Positions 51,573 to 64,000 of a DNA stretch of 64,000 nucleotides are shown here, one piece after another. Origin of the DNA: Octopus sinensis (taxonomy: Eukaryota); NCBI RefSeq assembly GCF_006345805.1, contig NC_043013.1, forward strand, positions 44,020,001 through 44,084,000. Reading direction: 5' to 3'. The translations under genes and the position numbers were made by a program. Every line of letters starts with the position of its first letter. Position 1 is the first letter of the stretch. Under the pieces are notes generated by a model, which had not been told where the DNA came from, made no database searches, and worked only from the letters and a program-made list of their open reading frames with translations.

Positions 51573-51937
51573 CTAGCACTATGACCTGGCAACGCCGGGT
51601 CATAGTGCTAGTGCATGCATATACAGCTGCGTGCGTGCACACATACATGCAAGTACTGTCCAAATCTCTGACCAATCATATACAGCTACCTGGCATTCAA
51701 TTGGTGTATCAAGTTTTGGGCATTTTGATTGGGTTTTGGATAGAAAATTCACAAAAAAGTCACTTCTATTGATTTTTTAATGGCTTTGCAGGGTGACTGG
51801 GGAAATGCAAAGATGTGCACGACCACCCTTGGACGATTTTGAATGCCCATAGAAGTGCGAGCCCTCTAACTGAAAAATTGTGGATTTGTATAAAGGACAC
51901 ACACAGACAGACATTTTGCCATTTATATATATAGAGA
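51573..51937 (-). mobile_element. Non-autonomous Helitron
   Basis: Reverse complement of the 1613 family; A|TC start, 17-bp terminal hairpin including CTAG, T follows. Confidence 0.75.
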
Positions 51938-53185
51938 TTACACCAGCAACACCAAAACTAATAGTATTATAAATTCCACCATGATATGATATATGTGTAT
52001 GCACGGGTATGTGGTTTCAAAACTCACTTCACAATTATGTAGTTCTAGGGTCATACCTCTGTGCAACACCTTGGGCAAATAAATATGTGTATGTGTGTTT
52101 GTTCTGAGTTGTAGGCTATAGTTTTTTTACCAAGATAGCTGAAATTTAACATAGGGGTACCATCTTATTTTTTTTTAATACGCTTTGTTATCCTTTTTCT
52201 GAGAAAAACTAACATTGCTTACGGCAAAAGCACTGCAAGCAGTTACTGAATAGAAAATAACGTCATTTACATAATTAAGAAAATTAGCAATGGGTGGAGT
52301 TTCGGGTCATGCTTTTAGTTAAAGTCAGCTTAACTTGATGCTGTTATTAATTAATAAAATATTTTCAAAAAGAGGAAGAAAACAAAAACCCAAGTTTTCC
52401 TAGAAAAAATATGTTAGGGTTAAATTTTATTTCAGGTTCTTTTATTCTTTTACTTGTTTCAGTCATTTGACTGTGGCCATGCTGGAGCACCACCTTTAGT
52501 TGAACAAATCAACCCCAGGACTTATTCTTTGTAAACCTTGTACTTATTCTATCAGTCTCTTTTGCTGAACTGCTAAGTTACAGGGACATAAGTGCACCAA
52601 CATCGATTGTCAAGCAATGGTGGGGGACAAACAGTGACACATAAATACATACATACATACAAAAATAATATATAAATATATGCATATATACATACATATA
52701 TGTACATAACTACATCTATTTGTATATATACATGCATATATGGGTACAGGACCTCAAAACAACGGTGAACACAATGAGAAACGAAAACATAAAAGCAAAA
52801 ACATAAAAACAAACTGTTGTACTCTTTCACCACAACCTTCTCTCACTCTCTCTTCCTGCGATGGACTGGTGTCCTGCCCAGCTGGGGGGAACCCATACGC
52901 CACAGAAACCGGGCAACCGGGCTTATGAGCCTGGCTAGGCTTGAAAAGGGCAACAAAATATATATATATATATCTCAGGGAGATTCAGCATGACACAGAA
53001 TATGACAAAGCTGGCCCCTTGAAATACAGGTACTACTCATTTTTGCCAGCTGAGTGGACTGGAGCAACGTGAAATAAAGCGTCTTGCTCAAGGATACAAT
53101 GTGTCACCAAGAATTGAACTCACAATCTTATGATAGAGCCAAATTCCCTAACCACTAAGCATCACGCCTTCACCATATATACATG

Positions 53186-53232
<47 letters not shown>

Positions 53233-53432
53233 GCACACAAACGTATATATATCAGCTGAAATTGTGAGGATAACCTGGTGCTTCACTGATGATAGAAAAC
53301 TTTGAATGACCCGTCCTTGTTTTCCTTGTATCGCCTATCTGGATGTTTTGTTATCCCTTTTTGTATCACCTAGCTGTCCGGATGTTTTGTGTTCTTGTCC
53401 CATTTTGTATTTTATATATATATATATATATA

Positions 53433-53657
53433 CTTTATTTAAAGCAGCAGAAAATTCAACAAAACCTGTTACTCTGAGTTTCCCGTTGCCGTTCGTCGGA
53501 CAGTTTCTAGCAAAAACTGTCCAACGAACGGCAACGGGAAACTCAGAGTAACAGGTTTTGTTGAATTTTCTGCTGCTTTAAATAAAGCATATTACTCTAC
53601 CACTGGTATTTGAGTACTCTTTTTTCCACCTTGTTTCACATTTACGTGTTTACTCCG

Positions 53658-53659
<2 letters not shown>
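53433..53659. mobile_element. Miniature fold-back PLE insertion (same family as 3911-7281)
   Basis: Left arm 53433-53506 is the inverse of the right arm from 53507; both carry the hammerhead region; same 71-bp tail; (TA)n flanks. Confidence 0.85.
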
Positions 53660-53709
<50 letters not shown>

Positions 53710-54651
53710 GTGTATATATATATCTTCATCACCATTCAATATCTGCCTTCCATGTTGCCATGAGCTGGACAGTTTGACATCATTCAGTGCACTGGGGGAT
53801 TACATCAAGCTCCAATGTCTGCTTCATCTGTTATGTCCTTCCAACAACAATCTCGCTTAGGCCTCTTTTATCTTATCTACTCACAAAGCTATAATGGAAG
53901 ACATTGCCTAAAGTGTCTTCTACAGTGGTACCAAACTTTTAACCAAAACGACTGCTCTACCATATTGTTATGCTTCCACCTATACATCTCTTTGCTTTGT
54001 ATATTTATACACTTTTTGGTTCATTTTTAAGAAGCTTGACTTCAAATACCTTCTGGTTTATACAACAGTTTTGAATGATCTGACCAGATGAAAGTTATTA
54101 GCATCATTTTTACAGTAATTTACCCAAATCAATGAAGCCATCTAATTTGTATACATTTAGTTTAGGTTTTACTGGCCAATACATTTTCTGTAGGTGCAGG
54201 TGTAGCTGAACATGGAACTATGTGGTTGCTTCCAAACCAGAGGGTTCTGGTTTCAGTCCCACTGCATAGCATCTTGAACAAATATCTTCTACTATAGCCT
54301 GAGGCCAACCAAAGCCACATGCGTGGATTTTGTAGATGAATGTGCATGTGTATCTTTGTGTTTGTCCCCAACTTCCACTTGGCAATCGGTGTTGGTCTGT
54401 TTATGTCCTCATTATGTCCGATTATGTAAAAGAAACTTATAGAACAAGTACAAGGTTTAAAAAAAAAATTCAGGGGTCAACTCATTCAACTAAAACTCTT
54501 CAGGACAGGGCCCCAGCATGGCTGCAGTCAAATGACTGAAATAAGTAAAAGATATAAGATCAATTAACCCAGGTAAGAATATCTGTGTATGTGCATGCAT
54601 GCATGTGTGTGTGTGTGTGTGTGTATTTGTTGGTATATTTGCAATGAATTA

Positions 54652-55053
54652 CTCTTTTACTTATTTCAGTTATTTGACTGTGGCCATGCTGGAGCACCGC
54701 CTTCAGTGAGCAAATTCACCCCAGGACTTATTCTTTGTAAGCCTAGTACTTATTCTATCAGTCTCTCTTGCCGAACCGCTAAGTGACGGGGATGTAAACA
54801 TACCACCATCGGTTGTCAAGTGATGTTAGGGTAAGGGGGACAAACACAGACACACAAACATACACACACACACACATATATACATATATATGACAGGCTT
54901 CTTTCAGTTTCCGTCTTCCAAATCCACTCACAAGGCTTTGGTCATCTGGAGGCTATAGTACAAGACACTTGAACTTTCCAAGGTGCCAAGCAGTGGGACT
55001 GAACCTGGAATCGTGTAGTTCGTAAACAAGCTACTTACCACACAGCCACTCCT
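54652..55053 (-). mobile_element. SINE family A, full length
   Basis: Reverse complement of the family consensus. Confidence 0.85.
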
Positions 55054-55273
55054 AAACTTTTTTTTTAAATCATCCAAACAACAACCATCCAACCTTTATT
55101 AAAATGTGCTTTTTGAGCAACATCCCCTTGTGATATTTGTTCTGCAATCCCTTTTACTGTTGCATTCAGAGAAGCGAGGGACCAGTGATGATTGTTCACC
55201 AAATGCAATGTAGAAGAAAAATATATCATAATACCACCACCACCACCACTTATGCTTCTTTTACTACCACAAT

Positions 55274-55312
<39 letters not shown>

Positions 55313-57000
55313 AACTACTACTACTACTACTGCTGCTGCTGCTAGCAATAACAACACAATCACAGCCACCCTTACTTTTGCCTATGTTTCAAGTTTTGAA
55401 TTATTTTCCCATAAAATTGTTCAAAGGCAAACAGAAAATAAATATATACATGTATATGTTTGTGTGTTGTGTGTGTGTGTGTGTGTGTGTAAATGGGATG
55501 GGGTCTTGGGTGGGGACGTAGTCAGCTGGGGGTGGCTGGTAAAGTTATGCTATAGCACTCACCATGACAACTTGTAGCAAATTTAACTGATGAAGAAAAC
55601 ATCATTTCTGTCAAGACAAAAGATCTGGGAAGATCTTTGGTTAACTCCTCCTCCTCCTCCTCCTACTCCTCCTCTCTCATAATGACATTGAGTGAGTGTG
55701 TGGAGGAGGAAGAGCAGAAAGGGAGCAAGTGCATTTCAGTGTTTTTTTTTTTCCTTTGGTGGTGGTGGTCGTGGTGGTAGGTTGGGGTGGCTAAGAACAA
55801 GCCATCTCCTTGAGTAAAGGCCCATACATATTAAAGCAACACCCTGCAACCTTTGACATGCCATTGAGCATAGTATTTTCTTGCAGCCACCACCATTACT
55901 ACTACTACTACTACTATCACCACCACCACCACTGTTACTATTATTACTACCATTAGGACCCTAATATCTGCTTGACTGAACATGACTTCATGCTAGCCTT
56001 AACTAAATCTACTTGCTGCTCTCCAAAGGTGGGTGTATCTCCCCACCTCCTCTCTCTGTCCCTTATTCTGCTTATTTCTCTCTCTATGGTTCATCCCAAC
56101 CTAGATTAACCAAAAAGGGGCCCTATCCAAGTTGCTAGAAACATCACAACTTACAGGCCTGAAAAAAATACAAAATAAATAAATAAATGAAAGCACACAC
56201 TGGCTATTTTAGTCTTAGGTATATTATGCCTAAATAGAGGGAAAGATGATCATGGTAAATTGTTATTGATCATCAGCAGCAGCAGCAGCAACAACAGTGG
56301 AGGCGCAATGGCCCAGTGGTTCGCTTCAACTTTCTCTCACTCTTTCTTCCTGTTTCTTGTCCCCGACTTCCCACGCAACCGCTGAGCCTGGATGCACATT
56401 CATCCATCCGTCGATGCTCTCGGTGTCAGGGGTTGACCTGCGTTCTCTTTTGCGGGTCTTACGAATAGCAAAGGACCACGTTTCGGACTTCTCCCACTAC
56501 AGAGGCGCGATCTTGCGAGCTCTGGGACGAAGACCGCTTAGCTCAAGAAACAAACAAATAAACAGCAACAACAACATTTAATGTCCATTTTCCATACTGG
56601 CATTGGTTGGATGGTTTGACATGAACTGGCAAGGCCAGGGGGCTGCACCAGGTCCCATAATCCCTGTTGGCTTGGTTTTTATGGTTGGGTGCCCCTCTTA
56701 ATGCCAACGACTCCACTGGGTGCTTTTTATGCGAAACCAGCGCCCACACCAATGCATTTTGAGAACTAAGTGTCAAACAACAACCACAACAAACATCACC
56801 CCTCGGCCTTTATTGAAATGCGCACCATACTTTGTCGTCTCCTGCCTCACATTATGTCTACGTTCTATCTTATAATTTGAACTGTATTGGAATCTCTGAC
56901 CAGCTAGAAATAGTTGTCAATCCCCTCCAACACATTGCTATCTTAAAAATAGAAAGAACACATTGGGTAATATATTAATAGGTATAGAAATAGATGGGAT

Positions 57001-57305
57001 GTGGAGGCACATGGCCTAGTGGTTAGAGCAGCAGACTCGCAGTCGAGGGATCGCGGGTTTGAATCTCAGACCAGGCGATGTGTGTGTTTATGAGTGAAAC
57101 ACCTAAGTTCCATGCAGCTCCGGCAGAAGGTAATGGCGAACTTCTGCTGACTCTTTCACCTCAACTTTCTCTCACTCTTTCCTCCTGCATCTTGCAGCTC
57201 ACCTGCAATGGACTGGCATCCCGTCCAGGTGGGGAACCTATTCACCAAGGAAATTGGGAAACCGGCCCTATGAGCCAGGCATGGCTCATGAAGGAACAAA
57301 CAACA
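57001..57305 (+). mobile_element. tRNA-derived SINE family G (V-domain-like segment)
   Basis: A-box TGGCCTAGTGG, B-box GGTTTGAATC, segment TGCAATGGACTGGCATCCCGTCCAGG, (AAC)n tail. Confidence 0.75.
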
Positions 57306-57520
57306 AATAGATGGGAAGCTCATAGTTGGAATGTCTTTAATCATAAGTCTTCCTTAATCAATGTTGACTTGGGACTGAACAACATCAATCATCTCTCAGC
57401 ATCCACTCTCCCATGTTTGCATGGATCAGACAATTTTTGTCTAAGCATATTTCCTACACAAGAAGCCCTTCCAGTCACTGACACTCTCTTGTTTCCTAGC
57501 AAAGTTTTTTTTTTTTTTTT

Positions 57521-57748
57521 TTAACCCTTTCATTACCAACCTGGCTGAAACCAGCTCTGGCTCTGAGTACAAAAGTCTTGTTTTCATAAGTTTTGAATTA
57601 AAATCTTCCACCAAACCTTAGTCACAATTTATGTTCCTAACACTAGCTTAATGATAACTAAGTTCTATTACTAAATTCTTTGTTATATTTAAAGTAATTG
57701 AAAGAAACACAGAGCATCTCAAAATAAATACAGTAACGAAAGGGTTAA
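57521..57748. mobile_element. piggyBac-like MITE family 1
   Basis: TTAA|CCC ... GGG|TTAA, family body. Confidence 0.8.
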
Positions 57749-59639
57749 TGGGAGACTTGAAACAAACAACCTCACTTGTATAAAACCAGAATGCTCGTTT
57801 GCAATCATTTTTGAATTCTAAAAGCTTTTATATAATTATTTTATATAATTTTATATAATTATTATTAATCTAAACAAGTGGAGGAAGAGAAGAAATGAAG
57901 TTGAAAATGCACAGAGAATATATTTGAAGTACTTAGAGTTTAATTACGTGACAGACTTCCGCACAGTTTTTAATCTATCAAATTTACTCAGAAAGTATTA
58001 ATTAGTTAGCCCAGTGTTATAGTAGGAGGCACTTGCTCATGTGTAGGTGCAGGCATTATTGCATTGTCAAAAGTTTGCTTCTCAACCACATAGTTCCAGG
58101 CTGTATCCCACCGGGTGCTTGAGTCTCATTGCATGGTAGAGCTGACCAATGACTTGTTAGTGTAAGTACTCATGTTGATTCGTTTGTCTTTAATTCTTCA
58201 AGGCGATGCTCCAGCATGGCTTTGATCTACTGAGTAAAAGATAAGTTATGTGTGTGTGTGTGTGCATACTGTCATAATATTAGGTCTTCTATGCAAAAAG
58301 CCTTTTTTCAATTATTTCCATTTTGCTACTTTGTTCCTCATGGAGCCAAAGACAAATGACCAGGACCTTTGGCAATATGCTGTGCTTGAGCAGAAGACCC
58401 ATGAAGCCAAGTGAAATCATAGCTGTGGCAGATACTGGTCTCACACAGCTGGCACCCATGCTAGTGGAACGTAAAAGCACCCATTACACTTTTGGAGTGG
58501 TTGACATTAGGAAGGGCATCCAGCCTTAGAAATCATGCCAAATCAGGTGCAGCCCCTCAGCTTGCCATTCCTGATCAAGCCATTCAATCTATGCCAGCAT
58601 GGACAAAGGACATTAAATGATGATGATGATGATGGTGGTGGTAGTGGTGGTGATGAGGATGATGATGATGATCCAGTAATTATTCTTGCTCAGATTCTTT
58701 CATCATTTAAAAAAAAAATTGTTCTAACAATTACTTCATTTATGGAAAAACTATTTTATAATTTAACGTAAGGTGTACTAGCCATCTGAATGTGGCTAGC
58801 CACTGGGGGTGGGGTGTTACTGATGCTTTTAGCCCCAGGCGATCAACATCACCAGATGGACTTTAGACACAATCTCAGTGCCCTTGTGTCACTGATTTAG
58901 AAAAACTGTCTGAAAGCAATAGGCTAGCCACATTCAGATGGCTAGTACACCTTACGTTGTCGAGCGGTTACTGTTTATATCTCGTTCAGAGATTTATTAT
59001 TGCTTATTTTATAATTCTTAGTAAGCCTTTTCCATTTTGAAGTTGATTGAATATATTAATAATTAACAGTTCTAACATCAACTTCTTTTACATTTGTTAC
59101 TTTACTATTGAATTTTGAAAATAGTTAGCAAAACATTAAAAATTATTTTAATGTAGGTGTTAGTTTCTAGCAAGATCTACTTCACTATTGATGAAAGTGA
59201 AGCAGAAGTTAAGTGAAAGGAAAATTAAAGAAATGAAATAGAAATGATGGAATCAGGATTCTGTAAACATTGTGTGCACACATGTGGGCATGACTGTGTG
59301 GCAAGAAGCTTGCTTTCCAACCACATGGTTCCAGGTTCAGTCCTACTCTGTGGTATCTTGGGCAAGTGTCTGCTACTATAGCCTTGGGCCAATCAAAGCC
59401 TTCTGAGTGAATAAGGTGATGGAAATGGAAAGAAGCCCATTATATACACTGACCCACACAAGAAATGTGATACATGTGTGACTGTGAAATATGTTTCGAT
59501 AAATCTGATAAAGTCAATTTGTTGGATGCACTTTGACCGCAGTCTCTGTGTCGTTGACATGTGCTCTGGTAGTGGGTGGATCCAGCACATCAAGATTGTA
59601 GGGCATGGCATGTTTAATACCATATATGCCCTCCCTGGG

Positions 59640-60594
59640 TGTTCAAAATGGCCATACACAATCAGTACATGGAGTGCATGAGGCAGTTCACAAAAGCCAT
59701 TGGCACCTGTGCCCACACCCCGGGAAAAGCTGCCTCCAGTTCCACACAAGTTGTCTGCCTTGGGACCACCTGGTTCAGGCATCTCTGGATTTCATCCCAT
59801 AGGTGTTCAATTGGGTTCAAATTCAGGCTGAGAGCTCGCCACAGCATGGTTCTGATGTTGTGCAGATGCAAGAAGTCCATGATGACCCTGGCTGTGTGGG
59901 AGGGAGCATTGTCCTGCTGGTAACGCATGAAGAAGGGCATGGCGTGAGGTCTTATGATCTGGTCTGTGTAGCACTGTGCTATGATGCCATTTCCTCTGCC
60001 TGTACAAACATTTTGGAACACATGGGCCCAATTCTCTGATTCAGGCCTACAAGCTCCCCAATCCATGATGCTTGGCCACCCCCGTGTCTCTCTCCATGAC
60101 GCATGCGTCTCTGTAGCAATTACCCCTCCTAAGCACCTTTACTCTGTCATCCGATGAGGAAATGCGGTACTGGCTCTTGTGAGAGAAGACTATTGTTGAT
60201 GCCACCAAAGTTGATGTTGTGTAGCCCACTGTAGTCATGGCAGGCGGTGGGGACAGGCCCTCAAGCAGGATGACAGCAATGCAGGTTGTTGGCAGCCAGT
60301 TGACATCATACCATGTTGTGGCTGATGGGTGACTGTCCAGTGCCATTGGTCTCGCAAGCTGTCACGCTGGCTGGTCTGAAGTGATCATGGAGGTATTGCA
60401 GGTGGATGAAGTGGTGCTGCCTGAGTGTGGTCACCCTCTGGCAGGCACAGTCTGCAGTGCTGTTGGTGTCGTTTATCGCTGTTGCAAGCGATAGATGGTG
60501 CTGACATGGACACTGTAAACTTTCGCAACAACCAAGGCATGCGGCCCTGCTTGCAATCAGCTTGTTTTCTCTGCACTGCTGACAATTGGGTCAT
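59640..60594 (-). pseudogene. Tc1 DD34E transposase pseudogene
   Basis: MTQLSAVQRKQA.., VFSHKSQYRISSSDDRVKV, QQDNAPSHTAR..LNLNPIEHLWDEI across several frameshifts. Confidence 0.9.
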
Positions 60595-60790
60595 ACCTGA
60601 TGCATCCAAATTACGAATGCCAGGAGCGCAGTTCAAGTTGATTTTTATACCCATAACCTCCACATGATGCACATGCATTTCACTTTTCATGACAATTGTT
60701 TGCAACTGCCACCCACGGCAGTCAGTGCAGCTGTGTTTTGGAATATTTACATATCCCATCCCCTGAAATAAATTTTCAGAATTTACCATA

Positions 60791-61009
60791 GGTGCAGGAG
60801 TGGCTGTGTGGTAAGTAGCTTGCTTACCAACCACATGGTTCTGGGTTTAGTCCCACTGTGTGGCACCTTGGGCAAGTGTCTTCTACTATAGCCTCGGGCC
60901 AACCAAAGCCTTGTGAGTGGATTTGGTAGGCAGAAACTGAAAGAAACCCATCGTATATATCTATTTGTATATATACACACATATATATATATACACACAC
61001 ACACATATA

Positions 61010-61040
<31 letters not shown>

Positions 61041-61266
61041 GTGTGTGTTTATGTTTGTTTATTCGTGTTTGTCCCCCCAACACCGCTTGACAACTGATGC
61101 TGGTGTGTTTACATCTCCGCAACTTAGTGGTTCGGCAAAAGAGACTGATAGAACAAGTAGTAGGCTTACAAAGAATAAGTCCTGGGGTCGATTTGCTCGA
61201 CTAAAGGCAGTGCTCCAGCATGGCAGCAGTCAAATGACTGAAACAAGCAAAAGAGTAAAGAGAGTT
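60791..61266 (+). mobile_element. SINE family A inserted in the Tc1 5' non-coding region
   Basis: Full SINE lying between the transposase start and the right TIR. Confidence 0.85.
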
Positions 61267-61442
61267 AGAAAATGACATTTGAAAAAGTCACATTTCTTTT
61301 GCGGTTCAGTGTATATCATGATCATTTAGTGTCTATTATCCATGCTGGCATGCTGGCAAGCTGGAAGGCTGCATCAGGCCCCAGTCTGATTCGGCATGGT
61401 TTCTATGGCTGAATGCCCTTCCTAATGCCACCTATATGAGTG

Positions 61443-61735
61443 CCATGAAGGCTGTATTTTCCACTGGATGTGCAACATCAGTGTGCCTGTAAGACAAAGT
61501 GCAAATGTATTGAGAGCAAAGTTGGGCATAAGAAGAATAAAATGCAGCATGCAAGAGGGAAGACAGCGGAATTAAGAAATGTCGATCATGGAAAGTGGAG
61601 GGTACCCACAAAAGAGGGAGACCCAGGAAGACATGGAATGAAGTGGTAAGGACCAATCTCAGGGTATTGAAAATGGCAATGAATCAAGGTGTCTGATGAT
61701 ATGAAGTTCTTAAGACTCACCCACATAAGCAAAAC
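61443..61735 (+). mobile_element. RTE-type LINE 3' fragment
   Basis: FHWMCNISVPVRQSANVLRAKLGIRRIKCSMQEGRQR and KVEGTHKRGRPRKTWNEVVRTNLRVL resemble the RTE ORF C-terminus, with an internal deletion. Confidence 0.75.
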
Positions 61736-62034
61736 TGAGTTCTAGGAGTGCTGTGTGTTCCACCCACATGTAACAAGAAAACTTTTCATGTACCCTACCC
61801 CAACAAACCAAACTACATCTCTTCTCTTTCTTGCACTATGCTTCTCACTCACTCCCCAAATCTATCCTCACAGCCCTGTTCCCTCCTGTATTATTACTAT
61901 CTAGTATCCCCCCCTCACCCTCTATATACCCAGGTTTTCCCCATTTGCTACATTCTCCTTCCCCAAACTCTGCTCGTGCTTCTTTAGTAATGCCCTATCA
62001 CTTTTATTATGACCTCCATACCTCAAAGGTATGC

Positions 62035-62261
62035 GGCGAGCTGGCAGAAACATTGGCACACCGGGCGAAATGCTTAGCAGTATTTCGTCTGCCGCTACGT
62101 TCTGAGTTCAAATTCTGCCGAGGTCGACTTTGCCTTTCATCCTTTCGGGGTCGATTAAATAAGTACCAGTTACGCACTGGGGTCGATATAATCGACTTAA
62201 TCCGTTTGTCTGTCCTTGTTTGTCCTCTCTATGTTTAGCCCCTTGTAGGTAGTAAAGAAAT
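62035..62261 (+). mobile_element. SINE family B with 8-bp TSD
   Basis: TSD AGGTATGC at 62027-62034 and 62262-62269. Confidence 0.85.
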
Positions 62262-62506
62262 AGGTATGCCCTGACATTTGCCACCATCTCTCTCCCTCTC
62301 TTCTTAACCTGACCATCCCATTTATATTCTGGTCCCTGTCCCTTGTGAGTGTGCCTGGCATTTTACCACCTTCTCTCACCTGCTCTCTCTCTCTCTCTCT
62401 CTTGTACTCCTGCTGTCTCGCACTCTCTCTCTCCCCTTCTGCTCTTCCCTCAGGTTGGGTAACCATGTATTTCCTTTACAGCAGTACACCTGTTTCTGTC
62501 CTCATT

Positions 62507-62543
<37 letters not shown>

Positions 62544-63088
62544 ACCTTGTACCTCTCCTACACCAAGATACCTGTTTCTATCTCTCTGTCTCATTCTAAC
62601 TTTTCATCATCTGACACAAGATCCCCTCCTCCAATGCCCCCTACCCTCTCAAAAGATCTTTGTCTTGCAAGTTACTTGGTGACCCTGCCAGTGTTGGTGC
62701 CACTTAAAAAGCATCCAATTCACACTGTAAAGTGGTTGGCATTTGGAAGGGCATCCAGCTGTAAAAACCATGCTAAAATGACTTCATATGTGCTTGTGCC
62801 ATGTAAAAAAGCACTCAGCCCACTCTGCTGGGTGGTTGGTGTTAGGAAGGGCATCAAGCCATAGAAACCCTGCCAAAACAAACACAGAAATCTGGTGCAG
62901 TCTTCTGCCTAGCCAGATAGATGATATCTATCTATATATATATATATAAACTGTAAATTTAGAGTGAATACTTGATAAGTGTAAGCACCTGTATATGCCA
63001 GATAGTGGCACAGGTGAGAGTATATATCAAATATAAATTAAAAACAGAACACCGCGATATCCTTTGTGTTCTGTTTTTATTTATATTT

Positions 63089-63127
<39 letters not shown>

Positions 63128-63129
63128 AA

Positions 63130-63412
63130 CCACTAAATGACGGGGGCATAAACACACCAGCATCGGTTGTCAAGCAATGTTGTGGGGACAAACACAGACA
63201 CACAAACATATACACACACACACATGTACATATATCTAAACATATATATATATACGATGGGCTTCTTTCAGTTTCCGTCTACCAAATCCATTCACAAGGT
63301 TTTGGTCGGCCTGAGGCTATAGTAGAAGACACTTGCGCAAGGTGCCACGCGGTGGGACTGAACCCGGAACCATGTGGTTGGTAAGCAAGCTACTTACCAC
63401 ACAGCCACTCCT
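63130..63412 (-). mobile_element. SINE family A, 5' two-thirds
   Basis: Reverse-strand head and linker. Confidence 0.8.
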
Positions 63413-64000
63413 ATGCATATTAATAAAAAATAAATGAATAAAAATAATAAATATATAAACCGTTAATCATAATGATGTATTAGTTATTATGATATGTCAT
63501 TTGATGGTTGATGTGGGAGAATATATGCTTCTTACGCGTAATATGAACAATAAGAAACGTAGCAGAAAGAAAATTTACTGGGAATGTTATGTTATCCTAT
63601 ATTATTTAATTATAATAATTAATTGCAACAGAGATGATGAAAACTACAGCAGGTTATGTTAGCTAGGTGTGAAAGTGAAACACTGATGTTGTTTATTGCA
63701 ATAAATATTATATTTTTTAAGTGACACTTCTGTCATGTATCTAAATTGTGCAGAAAATAGTGAAATAGACAAGAGTAATGTAAAAATGTTAATAATAGCT
63801 CTAAATATAGAAATGTGAGAATGCTGAAACAATATACTCTAACCATTTGTGAGACAGCAAATATCATGTTGTTGTTAAAATTCTTTGTGAACATCTAAAT
63901 CTTTTAGATGAGTTATTGCTAAAGTCATTTAAAATTTTACAGACTGTTAATATCATTTTTCATGTTTCTGTCTTCTGCAAAACATTTTGATTGTGTTGTT

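Larger units (their letters stand above)
59447..61311 (-). mobile_element. Tc1-family DNA transposon, both ends present, inactivated, with a nested SINE
   Basis: 24-bp TIRs CACTGACCCACACAAGAAATGTGA and CACTGAACCGCAAAAGAAATGTGA (21 of 24 match), TA on both sides. Confidence 0.9.

Noticed and set aside
57001-57075. tRNA gene
   Set aside because: A and B boxes are present, but there is no full cloverleaf or T-run terminator and it continues into a SINE body

Overview
AT-rich, repeat-dense eukaryotic DNA. By inference from the SINE families and (TA)n/(CA)n load it is octopod cephalopod and mostly intronic or intergenic. There is no prokaryote-type content and no intact long ORF; nearly all ORF-track entries are microsatellite or repeat artefacts. 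The main structure is a 3.4-kb fold-back insertion of a Penelope-like retroelement (PLE) at 3911-7281, with ~1.4-kb inverted arms, a C-terminal GIY-YIG endonuclease and a minimal hammerhead-ribozyme motif in each arm. It sits in a (TA)n tract inside a hAT MITE. A 227-bp miniature fold-back of the same family at 53433-53659 has identical outer end points, and a second hammerhead-bearing PLE-type family occurs at 9333. Also present: a TIR-bounded Tc1 pseudo-element with a nested SINE, a mariner relic, Helitron, piggyBac-like and hAT MITEs, CR1 and RTE 3' fragments, and dozens of SINEs. One young SINE subfamily inserts repeatedly at GGTA sites, including into itself. There are several unexplained hairpins and one good candidate host exon (46926-47046, minus strand). 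All alignments were done by eye, and SINE boundaries without a TSD are approximate.
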